NCBI GenBank assembly: GCA_963665095.1
Contig: OY762069.1
Span: forward strand, 4,000,001-4,064,000
Direction of reading: 5' to 3'
DNA length: 64,000 nucleotides
Source: an uncultured Desulfobacter sp.
GTDB lineage: Bacteria; Desulfobacterota; Desulfobacteria; Desulfobacterales; Desulfobacteraceae
The position numbers and the translations under genes are program-made. The notes under the pieces were generated by a model. The model made no database searches and was not told the DNA's origin. It saw only the letters and a list, made by a program, of their open reading frames with translations. Position 1 is the stretch's first letter, and each line of letters starts with the position of its first letter. Shown piece after piece: positions 11,943 through 20,792 of this stretch.

Positions 11943-12144
11943 GTGTTTGAACGTAAAGTTACCCACCTGCGGCGTTGCTGCACAAAGCTGCCAAATCATA
12001 TAATCGGGCCTCACGTACTGAAGTACGCTTGCGGTTTAAGTTGCGCTTGCGCCTTGCATCTGGGCAACTTTGTGGGCATGCGCCCCTCTTCGAGCCGGCC
12101 AAACACCCGTATCCAATCCAAACATGGGGTTTCCGTTGAGTCGC
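11943..12144. repeat. Palindromic REP/MITE-like repeat, copy 2 (longest, with internal insertions)
   Basis: Homologous to 4735-4881; begins GTGTTTGAACG and ends ...CCAAACATGGGGTTTCCGTTGAGTCGC; lies between convergent nadE and CoA-transferase. Confidence 0.85.
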
Positions 12145-12251
12145 TAATTATTTAGGCCCCCGGTGAGGCCGGAGGCCTGGATTTTTGAGTTGGGTAAGGC
12201 GGTTATCAGATGCGCCGCCGAAAGCAACAGATCCGGCAGAGCCCGGCTGGA

Positions 12252-13544
12252 TCAGTCGATGATGTTTTTGCCCTTCAAACGGCTGATCTCTTCGTCACTG
12301 TATCCGAGTAATTCACTCATGATCATTTCGGTATCCTGTCCCAAACGGGGGGCACCGCGCCATGCCTGGCCGGGTGTTCCCGAAAATTTGGGGACAAATC
12401 CAAACGCTTCGACTTCCCGGTCCAGGGTCTGGTCATGGTATTTCACGAAATTCTTTCTGTCGTGCCAGTGGGGATCTTCGTAGATCTCTTTTATCGTCTT
12501 GACGATGCCCACCGGGATCTTGAACTTGTTCATATGGTCCTGGGCTTCCTGGGCCGTGCGTGCGGCAAACCATTTGTCGATCTCTTCGTACAGCTCTTTA
12601 CCTTTGTCGGACCAGACCGCTTCATATGAATTGCCTGCCTCCTCCCACTTAAAGAATTCAGGGTCCAGGCCAAGACCTTCAATGGCCCGGTTGTAGACCG
12701 ATTTTCCAAAGGCCCCGATAAAGCACCAGCGGTCGTCTCCTGCCTTATGCAGAGATGCCGGCTGGAAGATGGGTACGCGGTTGCCGGCCCGCTGTTTCAA
12801 AACGCCGGCCTCGATGTAGCTGATCCACTGGTCGTCCAGGACCCTGGCAAAGGCTTCTACCTGGGCCATGTCCACCTCCTGGCCCATGCCGCCGTTCAGG
12901 ACATTGACATAGGCTGCGCAGATCCCTCCGAACAGGAATGTGGCTGTCAGGTAATCATTGATAAATGAGGCGGCATACCGGGGCGGTTCAGGCTCTGGGT
13001 CCCCGTTGATGGACATGAAGCCGCTTTCGGCCTGACCGATGGGGTCATAGGAGGGCCTGTCACAGGTCTCTTCGTTGCCGCCGAACTGGGGGCGGCCAAA
13101 TCCGCTGGAGTGGCCGATAATCAGTTTGGGGTTCACCTCCCAGAGATCTTTCAGCTCTATTCCCAGTTTTTTAAGCCAGACCATATTTTCTATCCAGACA
13201 TCCACCTGCTTGATCAGGCAGAAAAAGATCTCTTTGGCTTCCGGAATGCTCATATTGGTATTCAGGGTGAAGCTCATGCGGTTCCGGGCGCCCTGGGCCC
13301 AGGCCGCACTGGTTTGTCCCCTGCCGTCTTCCTTGAAGAGCTGGGGAGACTGATATCGGTATGCATCACCGATGTTGGGGTATTCGATCTGGATCAGTTC
13401 CGCTCCAAAATCTGCGAGTAACTGGGCGGCAAAAGGCGCTGCGACCACTGTACCGTTTAAAAGCACTCTCATGCCGTTCAGAGGGCCAAATTTCGGTGCA
13501 AACTGGGGGGCGGGTATCCGGGTGAGTTTTTCCCATCGATTCAT
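12252..13544 (-). CDS. Family III CoA-transferase (CaiB/BaiF-like), paralog A
   Basis: PKFGPLNGMRV..AAPF..LADFGAE.IQIE; RNR.S.TLN; SYDPIGQAESG; probable catalytic Asp in FINDY; AP.LGQDT. Confidence 0.9.
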   Translation of the reverse strand: MNRWEKLTRIPAPQFAPKFGPLNGMRVLLNGTVVAAPFAAQLLADFGAELIQIEYPNIGDAYRYQSPQLFKEDGRGQTSAAWAQGARNRMSFTLNTNMSIPEAKEIFFCLIKQVDVWIENMVWLKKLGIELKDLWEVNPKLIIGHSSGFGRPQFGGNEETCDRPSYDPIGQAESGFMSINGDPEPEPPRYAASFINDYLTATFLFGGICAAYVNVLNGGMGQEVDMAQVEAFARVLDDQWISYIEAGVLKQRAGNRVPIFQPASLHKAGDDRWCFIGAFGKSVYNRAIEGLGLDPEFFKWEEAGNSYEAVWSDKGKELYEEIDKWFAARTAQEAQDHMNKFKIPVGIVKTIKEIYEDPHWHDRKNFVKYHDQTLDREVEAFGFVPKFSGTPGQAWRGAPRLGQDTEMIMSELLGYSDEEISRLKGKNIID

Positions 13545-13577
13545 TTTTTCTCTCCATGGTTAATGGTAAAAATACAA

Positions 13578-13712
13578 TGCAGCTAAATATAATTCATATT
13601 GTAACTATATATTGGCTATAAATCTCATTCAGTTATTGCACATGTCAAGAAAAATTTAATTTTTTTTCATTAACAGTATTTTTTTCTTGACAGCAATAGA
13701 AGCTATAAAATA
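13578..13712. promoter_or_regulatory. Divergent sigma70-type promoter pair with TARYTA-like operator repeats
   Basis: TGTCAA 13643-13648 (minus-strand TTGACA) and TTGACA 13687-13692; cores AGCT 13581, AATT 13591, AACT 13603, GGCT 13614, AGTT 13631, AGCT 13701. Confidence 0.65.
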
Positions 13713-13769
13713 ATCATATTTTACCCCAATGTTGTTGAAGTGGCATCGATAAATCAGGAAAGGTGAAAG

Positions 13770-15341
13770 ATGACAACGCTCAGAACTATGATCAGACAGA
13801 GTAGCGCACATCACCCGGACAACACTGCCCTTATTGAAGGTGAACGCGCCTACTCATTTAAAGAATTTTCACGGCGTACCTGCTGCATGGGAAATGCGCT
13901 CTTGGATCTCGGCCTTGAAAAAGGGGATCGGGTGGCGATTCTGGACCGGAACAGCATTGAAACGGCTGAATCCTATTTCAGTATTCCCAATGCCGGACTT
14001 ATTCTGGTCATGCTGAACCTGCGGCTGGCCTCCCCTGAAATCCTGTCCGTTTTATCTGATGCCCAAGTCTCTGTACTGATCATAGAGCAAAGTTTTCTTG
14101 AACGCCTTTTCCCCATTCTGGAGGATCTGGGGTTTATCAAGCATTTCATTTTGATCGGTGACGCTGACGTTCCTCAAAGCTGGCACCGATATGAAGATCT
14201 GATAGAGGCGGCATCTCCGGACGAGCCTTGTGTGGACCTCAATGGAGACGATCTGGCAGCACTGATGTATACCAGCGGAACCACCGGAACCCCCAAGGGG
14301 TGTATGGTTACCCACAGGAACCTTTTTCATGTTGGCTACACCATGGCAGAAGAACTGGCCATGGACGAAAATGACAAAGGCATTATCACCACACCTATTT
14401 TTCACGCCTCGGGTATGGTGGTTCTGATGAACGGCATATACAGCGGTACGCCTTCGGTCATTATGCCGCGGTGGGATATCCAAAAATTTCTGCATCTGGT
14501 GGAAAAATACCGCATCACCACAGGCGTTCTTGCAACGCCCATGCTGCTCTATCTGACCCAGATGCCGGAAGAAGAAGCCTGCCCCAAAGCCCGAAGTCTT
14601 AAAAAAGTCCTCTTTGCCGGTGCTCCGGTGACACCTGTTGTATTCCAACGGGCAATAAAACGATTCGGCAATATATTTCTGCATGCTTTTGGAACCACGG
14701 AAACCGTGGGTTCTATTTGTATTCTAAAACAGGAAAGTGTGGAAGATGCCCTTGAACAGGGAGATCTGCAGATATTATCCTCCTGTGGCAAGGCATATAT
14801 GGATATGACTGTCCAGGTGGTCAGCGATAAAATCAGCCGGCTAAACGGGCATGACAGCAGCGGTGAGATCCGGGTGCGCGGGGCCGGTATCTCAAAAGGC
14901 TATTGGAACAAAGGACTTGAAACCCGGGAGGTATTCCGGGACGGATGGTTCTATACCGGAGATATTGGCAGGGTAGATGAAAAGGGCTTTATTTACATTG
15001 TGGGCAGAAAAAAAGATGTGATTATCACAGGCGCTGAAAATGTCTTTCCCGCAGAACTGGAAAATATTCTAACCGCCCATCCGGATATAAAAGAGGCGGC
15101 CGTGGTCGGTCTGGACAACGCCAGGTGGGGAGAGATCGTTACCGCCTTTGTGGTGCCGAACAATGGTACCGAGCTTAATCCGGAACAGATTATGGCATTC
15201 TGCCGGGAGAATGTGGCCGGGTACAAGGTGCCTAAACAGGTGTTCTTTATTGAGGACCTTCCCATCAGCTCCACAGGGAAATTGTTAAAGAATCAACTCA
15301 AAGAAAAGTTCAGTTCCAGGGCCATTTATGAGCTGCCATAG
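13770..15341 (+). CDS. Acyl-CoA synthetase (AMP-binding, FadD-like)
   Basis: MYTSGTTGTPKG; AFGTTE; GWFYTGDIG; GRKKD; PISSTGK. Confidence 0.92.
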   Translation: MTTLRTMIRQSSAHHPDNTALIEGERAYSFKEFSRRTCCMGNALLDLGLEKGDRVAILDRNSIETAESYFSIPNAGLILVMLNLRLASPEILSVLSDAQVSVLIIEQSFLERLFPILEDLGFIKHFILIGDADVPQSWHRYEDLIEAASPDEPCVDLNGDDLAALMYTSGTTGTPKGCMVTHRNLFHVGYTMAEELAMDENDKGIITTPIFHASGMVVLMNGIYSGTPSVIMPRWDIQKFLHLVEKYRITTGVLATPMLLYLTQMPEEEACPKARSLKKVLFAGAPVTPVVFQRAIKRFGNIFLHAFGTTETVGSICILKQESVEDALEQGDLQILSSCGKAYMDMTVQVVSDKISRLNGHDSSGEIRVRGAGISKGYWNKGLETREVFRDGWFYTGDIGRVDEKGFIYIVGRKKDVIITGAENVFPAELENILTAHPDIKEAAVVGLDNARWGEIVTAFVVPNNGTELNPEQIMAFCRENVAGYKVPKQVFFIEDLPISSTGKLLKNQLKEKFSSRAIYELP

Positions 15342-15409
15342 TCATTTGGGTTAGCTGCGTTGACGGGATCTGAGGTAAGGTCTGTCCAAAAACAAACAGC
15401 AGCAATTAT

Positions 15410-15445
15410 AAAAATGCCCCGCCTGGATACAGGCGGGGCATTTTT
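15410..15445. terminator. Bidirectional intrinsic terminator
   Basis: AAAAATGCCCCGCCTG-GATA-CAGGCGGGGCATTTTT, a perfect hairpin between convergent genes. Confidence 0.85.
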
Positions 15446-15528
15446 CAAGCTTATGATCGTTTTAGATGAATACAGCCTGTTGTCCGGTTAAATTCATCTT
15501 TGTCAGAACATCTTCGATAACATCTCGT

Positions 15529-16815
15529 TTAATCGATCACATTTTTGCCCTTTAATGCATTTATTTCTTCTTCACTGTAATCTAAAAGCTGACTGAGAAT
15601 CTTTTCAGTGTCCTGTCCTAATTTAGGGGCGCCCCGCCATACTTTCTGGGGCGTTTTGCTGAATTTAGGAACAAAACCATAGGCTTCGACTTCTTTTTCA
15701 AGGGTTTCATCGACATATTTAACAAAATCATTTCTTCCCTGCCAGTGAGGATCATTGTAAATTTCCTCAGCCGTCTTGGCGATGCCGCAGGGTACTTTAT
15801 GTTTTGTCAATATATCCTGTGCTTCTTTTGCATTGCGTGATTCAAAAAATTCTTTACTTTTTTGCTCAAGTTCCTGTCCAAGAGGTGATGATACAGCCTC
15901 TCTGGATGCCCCTGCGCCTTCGTAAGTGAAATAATTGGGGTCTTCTCCAATCGCGTCTATGAATCTATAGTAAACTGCCGGTCCAAAGGCGCCCGGAATG
16001 ATATAGCGGCCGTCTTTGGATTTGTAAATGGCAGCCGGCTGGAAAATAGGCACCTTATTCCCGGATCTTTCCCTGAGTATTCCCAGATTACACCAGACTG
16101 AGAATACATCATCTATTACCCTGGACTGGGCCTCGCATTGAGATACGTCCACAACTTGCCCGGAACCACCTTTCAATACATTGATATATGCTGATAGGAT
16201 ACCGGTACAATTGAACATTGCTGTCATAAAATCATTTATGAAAGTCGAAGCAAAATGAGGGGGGCCCGGTTCCGGAAACCCATTAATCTGGGTCCAGCCC
16301 CCTTCGGCCTGTCCAATAATATCATAAGAGGGTTTCGCAGAAATTTCAGGAACACCGCCAAATGAATTCTGCCCAAAACCGCTTACGTGGCATATCACCA
16401 GCTTGGGATTGACTTCCAGTAACATTTCATCGCTGATACCCAGCTTGTCAAGCCAGACCATATTTTCCAGCCATACATCTGCATTCTTTATCAAAGACAA
16501 AAATATCTCTTTGGATTCAGGGTTATTAAGGTTGGAGTTAAGCGTAAAGCTTAGACGATTTCTGGCATTTTGAATCCATCCGGCACTGATGGATTTGTCT
16601 CCATTGGTTACGGGTGGAAACTGATAGCGGTACGGGTCACCTACATTCGGACGTTCCACCTGGATAATTTCAGCCCCCATTTCACCCATTAATGTTGTAG
16701 AAAACGGCGCAGCCGTAATTGTTGCATTGGCTACCACCCTCATTCCTGATAAGGGGCCATATTTGTCAACAAAGAGCGGTGCCGGTTTTTTCTCTAACTT
16801 TTCCCATTTTTCCAT
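15529..16815 (-). CDS. Family III CoA-transferase (CaiB/BaiF-like), paralog B
   Basis: Colinear with 12252-13544 (GPL.GMRV, NARNR.SFTLN, FINDF, GNKVPIFQPA, identical C-terminus KGKNVID/KGKNIID). Confidence 0.9.
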   Translation of the reverse strand: MEKWEKLEKKPAPLFVDKYGPLSGMRVVANATITAAPFSTTLMGEMGAEIIQVERPNVGDPYRYQFPPVTNGDKSISAGWIQNARNRLSFTLNSNLNNPESKEIFLSLIKNADVWLENMVWLDKLGISDEMLLEVNPKLVICHVSGFGQNSFGGVPEISAKPSYDIIGQAEGGWTQINGFPEPGPPHFASTFINDFMTAMFNCTGILSAYINVLKGGSGQVVDVSQCEAQSRVIDDVFSVWCNLGILRERSGNKVPIFQPAAIYKSKDGRYIIPGAFGPAVYYRFIDAIGEDPNYFTYEGAGASREAVSSPLGQELEQKSKEFFESRNAKEAQDILTKHKVPCGIAKTAEEIYNDPHWQGRNDFVKYVDETLEKEVEAYGFVPKFSKTPQKVWRGAPKLGQDTEKILSQLLDYSEEEINALKGKNVID

Positions 16816-16854
16816 ACGATTCCCTCCTCCATATTTATTGTTAATTCCTAATAC

Positions 16855-17035
16855 ATTGTAATTATTTGGAAGCTTATATATAGCTATATTGTATTCAATA
16901 TAGTTATTATGTAGCTACGAGCTTGTCAAGAAAAAAATAGTAGAAGTTCTCTTAAAATATTTTCGTATTTTTCCGCTTGACAACAATGTAGCTGTATTGT
17001 AACTAAATAGCTATATTAAAGCTGTTATGCACTTA
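16855..17035. promoter_or_regulatory. Divergent sigma70-type promoter pair with phased TARYTA-like operator array
   Basis: TGTCAA 16924-16929 and TTGACA 16977-16982; cores at 16860, 16871, 16882, 16902, 16913 and at 16990, 17001, 17009, 17020. Confidence 0.7.
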
Positions 17036-17138
17036 CAGCGTAAAGATATTATGATTGCATTGTTCACTCCCCGGGCACGGGCCGGCAGGAACCTTGGAGT
17101 ATGGATGAAGTAGCTGACTTTTTAAGAATGATTAAGCA

Positions 17139-17210
17139 GTGCCTGAACGAAAATCCCGTGTTTGGTGTCTGGACGGCTCGAAGAGGAGCTTTAGCTCACA
17201 AAGATGTCTG
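17139..17210. repeat. Degenerate partial copy of the REP/MITE-like repeat (inverted relative to copy 2)
   Basis: GTGCCTGAACGAAAATCCCGTGTTTGG...CGGCTCGAAGAGG...CACAAAG resembles the reverse complement of about 12065-12144. Confidence 0.7.
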
Positions 17211-17265
17211 CGATCACGTCGGTTACGAGCTGTTAATTTAAATTACAACATGAAAGGAACGCAAA

Positions 17266-18390
17266 ATGGCAAAAGAGATTAAAACCGTAGGAATTATCGG
17301 ATTTAACGTAATGGGTGCGGCCATTGGCCTTAATGCCGCCACCGCCGGGTATCAGGTTATATATAAGGAGTTGAATGATGATCTGGTTAAAGCCATGTAT
17401 GACCGCTGGGTGGACAAGGCTTTGGCCAAACGGGTGGCCAAGGGAAAAATGACCCAGGAAGCCATGGATGCTGTGGCTTCTAAAATAAACGGTACTGCTG
17501 ATTACAACGATCTTGCCGGCTGCGATCTGATCATTGAGGCTGCTGTGGAAAACATGGACCTTAAAAAACAGATCTTTAAAGAACTTGACGGCATTGTCGG
17601 TCCTGACTGCATCCTGGCCAGCAACACCTCCACCTTTCTGATTGAAAAGCTGATGGAAGGGATCTCCAATCCCGGGAGAACGGCTGGTCTGCACTACTTT
17701 TTCCCTGCCAACATCAACCGCCTGGTGGAGGTAATCCGCCAGAAAGATACCGACGATGATACCTTTGAAGCGCTGATGACCTTTTCCGAAAATAATAAAA
17801 AGGTGCCCATCTCTGTCAATGATTTTCCCGGATTCGCCATCAACCCGGTGTTTATCTCCAGTTACATGGTGCTGACTTCCTTTATGGGAGATGTCTATAA
17901 TGCCGCCACCCTGGACCAGGTCTCCAAGGACGCTTTAGGGGTTAAATACGGGATTGTATGGGTGCTGAACGGCTCCGGTCTTGGCACCGCCTACCATGCG
18001 GCCGTTTCCATGAACGAATACCTGGCTGACAGTGATGTGGGTTTTCCTGCCAATCCTGAACCTCTCAAAATTCAGTTTGAAAGCGGCAGCCCCTTTGATC
18101 TCGAAGGTACGATACTTGATGATCCTGCAGCCATGAGAACCGCCAAGGAAAGACTTCTGGGTTCTGTTTTCTGCATTGCCTCCCATCTGCTTGAAAACGA
18201 TGTTGTCTCCATGAAAGATCTCGAACTTGGCGTGACCACAGCCCTGGCATGGCCCAAAGGCCCCTTTGGCATGATGAACGAGATGGGTATGGAAGAGGCT
18301 GCAAGACTGGTGAAAGAAGCTGTGGATGCAGGGATTTTCAAAATGCCGAAAATCTTTGCTGACGGTGTACCCGCAGCCTGGGCCATTTAA
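17266..18390 (+). CDS. 3-hydroxyacyl-CoA dehydrogenase
   Basis: Rossmann fold (atypical GIIGFNVMG), DLIIEAAVENMDLKK, LASNTST, catalytic GLHYFFP..LVE, W/PKGPF. Confidence 0.88.
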   Translation: MAKEIKTVGIIGFNVMGAAIGLNAATAGYQVIYKELNDDLVKAMYDRWVDKALAKRVAKGKMTQEAMDAVASKINGTADYNDLAGCDLIIEAAVENMDLKKQIFKELDGIVGPDCILASNTSTFLIEKLMEGISNPGRTAGLHYFFPANINRLVEVIRQKDTDDDTFEALMTFSENNKKVPISVNDFPGFAINPVFISSYMVLTSFMGDVYNAATLDQVSKDALGVKYGIVWVLNGSGLGTAYHAAVSMNEYLADSDVGFPANPEPLKIQFESGSPFDLEGTILDDPAAMRTAKERLLGSVFCIASHLLENDVVSMKDLELGVTTALAWPKGPFGMMNEMGMEEAARLVKEAVDAGIFKMPKIFADGVPAAWAI

Positions 18391-18418
18391 TGAACCTGTT
18401 AAGCTGTTAGGTGAAAAA

Positions 18419-19363
18419 ATGACTGAAAATAAAATTGTAGAACTTGAAATTCGCAAAGGCATTGCCTACATCACCATCAACCGGCCCAAGGCAATGAATG
18501 CCCTGAATCCGGAAACCGTGGCACAGCTGGACGAGCAGTTCAGTGCGGCTGAAAAAGACGCCTCGGTCAGGGGAATCGTTTTCCAGGGCGCGGGCAAGGC
18601 GTTTGTGGCTGGTGCCGACATTAAATTCTTTCTGGACAATATTAAAAACAACCGGCTAGAGGATACCGAAGCCTTTACCCGGAAAGGGCATGATCTTTTG
18701 CTGCGCATTGAAAACTGTGCGGTTCCCACCATTGCCCTCCTCGACGGGCTTTCCCTGGGCGGGGGCAGTGAAATGGCCCTTGCCTGCCAGGCCATTGTGG
18801 CAACACCGGACGGGTGTCTGGGGTTTCCTGAAACCAGCATCGGCATTTTCCCGGGGTTGGGCGGAATGATCCGTTCCGCCCGGCAGATTGGAACGGATTT
18901 GGCCAAGTATTATGTATTTACCGGAAAGATGATCAAGGCCAATGATGCGGCAGATCTGGGGCTTTTTACCCGGCTGGTGGCCCCTGAAGAGGTTGAGGCG
19001 GCCATTGAAGATCTGTGCAGTGACAGCACCGACCTTGATAAATACCGGGATAGAAAACTTCCCGACAGGTTTGCAGGGAAAGCTGCCACCTGCTCCAAAG
19101 AAAATGTATCGCTCCTGCTCAAGGGTGAAAAACCTGCAGGCGTTGCGGACGAGCTTGCAGAAAAAACCGCAAAGATTATTTCCGTGAAAGCCCCGCTGGC
19201 CCTGAAACTGGCCAACGAGCTGATTGATGCCCAGCACAAGGTCAGCATCCCCGAGGCCATTGAACTGGAGCTTTCCAAACTGCACTATATTTTTTCCACG
19301 GAAGATGCCCTGGCAGGCCTGGCTTCTGTGGGACAAAAACCGCCCCAGTACAAAGGAAAATAA
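18419..19363 (+). CDS. Enoyl-CoA hydratase/isomerase (crotonase family)
   Basis: Start moved to ATG 18419 after AGGTGA; INRPKAMNAL, AFVAGADI, GGGSE and FPETSIG (both catalytic Glu). Confidence 0.9.
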   Translation: MTENKIVELEIRKGIAYITINRPKAMNALNPETVAQLDEQFSAAEKDASVRGIVFQGAGKAFVAGADIKFFLDNIKNNRLEDTEAFTRKGHDLLLRIENCAVPTIALLDGLSLGGGSEMALACQAIVATPDGCLGFPETSIGIFPGLGGMIRSARQIGTDLAKYYVFTGKMIKANDAADLGLFTRLVAPEEVEAAIEDLCSDSTDLDKYRDRKLPDRFAGKAATCSKENVSLLLKGEKPAGVADELAEKTAKIISVKAPLALKLANELIDAQHKVSIPEAIELELSKLHYIFSTEDALAGLASVGQKPPQYKGK

Positions 19364-19511
19364 GCCGTCAATACGAGCTGGTGTCACAGCTGGTGTTCAA
19401 ACCGGCAGCCTGGGGCCAGCAGGCTTTCTGCGGCCCCAGGCTTAAACAAAAGTAAAAAAACAACTGGTAGAAAATCAAATCATTTAAAATTTTTTTAAAA
19501 GGATTAACCCC

Positions 19512-20705
19512 ATGCTATCAAAAGTATATATCCCTTACAAAGCTTACTACAGTACACCGTTTGCCCGCTGGCAGGGCAGTCTTTCCAACGAAAACGCCAT
19601 CACGTTGGGCGCTGAAACCTCCAAACGCTGGTTTGCAGAAAAAAATATTGATCCCAAAATATTTGATTATCTGGTCTTCGGCATTACCGTTGGTCAGCCC
19701 AAAACATTCTACAGTGGACCCTGGAGTGCCGCACTCATGGGTGCAGATCATCTCCCGGGACTCATGGTCAGCCAGGCCTGCTCCACTGCCACCATAGGTC
19801 TTTACACTGCAGCCATGGCCGTTGAAACGGGTTTTTGCAAAAACGCCTACACCCTTTTCGCCGACCGCTGCTCCAATGGTCCCCACACCATCTGGCCCAA
19901 CCCCAAAGGTCCTGGCGGACAGGTCGTCAGCGAAGACTGGATGATGGAACATTTTGCCAAAGATCCCTGGGGCGGCGTTGCCATGATCAATACAGCCGAT
20001 GCCGTGGCGGCCGAAAGCGGCGTGACCCGCGAGCAGTGCGATGAACTGGCCCTTCGCCGTTACGAGCAGTATACCGATGCCCTGGCTGAAGACCGAAAAT
20101 TCCAGAAACGCTACATGTTCCCTGTTGACGTGAAAGTTTCCAAGAAAAAAACAATTACCCTTGACGCAGACGAAGGCATCATGGCAACCACAGCCGAAGG
20201 TCTTGCAGGTTTGAGAACTGTTCAGCCGGACGGAGTCCATACATTTGGTGCCCAGACCCACCCCGCCGATGGCAACTGCGGCCTGATCGTGACCAATGAG
20301 GGCAATGCCAAAGAGTTGAGTGCAGACCCCAATATCACCATCCAGATCATTGATTATGGCTACAGCCGTGCTGAAAAAGCCCGCATGGCAAAAGCCCCGG
20401 TTCCCGCCGCCCAGATGGCGCTGGAAAACGCCGGCCTTAAAGTGGAAGATATAGCCGTTATCAAAACCCATAACCCCTTTGCCGCCAATGACCTTTATAT
20501 GGCAAAAGAGATGAAGATTGATCCGTTCAGCTTTAACAACTACGGTTCCTCTCTGGTTTTTGGCCATCCCCAGGCGCCCACTGCCGGCCGCTGCATCATT
20601 GAAGGTATTGAAGAGACCGTTATGAAAGGCGGCGGTTATATGCTCTTTACAGGATGCGCTGCCGGAGATACCGGAGCCGCCATTCTCCTGAAAATTAATT
20701 GCTAA
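19512..20705 (+). CDS. Thiolase family protein
   Basis: QACST (active Cys), HPADG, KTHNPFA, FGHP, TGCAAGD. Confidence 0.88.
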   Translation: MLSKVYIPYKAYYSTPFARWQGSLSNENAITLGAETSKRWFAEKNIDPKIFDYLVFGITVGQPKTFYSGPWSAALMGADHLPGLMVSQACSTATIGLYTAAMAVETGFCKNAYTLFADRCSNGPHTIWPNPKGPGGQVVSEDWMMEHFAKDPWGGVAMINTADAVAAESGVTREQCDELALRRYEQYTDALAEDRKFQKRYMFPVDVKVSKKKTITLDADEGIMATTAEGLAGLRTVQPDGVHTFGAQTHPADGNCGLIVTNEGNAKELSADPNITIQIIDYGYSRAEKARMAKAPVPAAQMALENAGLKVEDIAVIKTHNPFAANDLYMAKEMKIDPFSFNNYGSSLVFGHPQAPTAGRCIIEGIEETVMKGGGYMLFTGCAAGDTGAAILLKINC

Positions 20706-20792
20706 CGTAAATCTTGAAACCCGCCGGTGCCTGAGGTACGGTGCCGGCGGTAACCTGACAACGACAGTTTATTTGAAAATAAGGAGTCCTAC

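Noticed and set aside
4735..12144. Repeats considered as a CRISPR array or tRNA
   Set aside because: Copies are dispersed, with no repeat-spacer periodicity, no cas genes and no cloverleaf or T-loop
19518..20567. 349-aa antisense ORF opposite the thiolase (likewise 18656-19387, 29067-29765, 40044-40865, 44815-45552, 52841-53623)
   Set aside because: Shadow ORFs of well-supported genes, with no recognisable motifs
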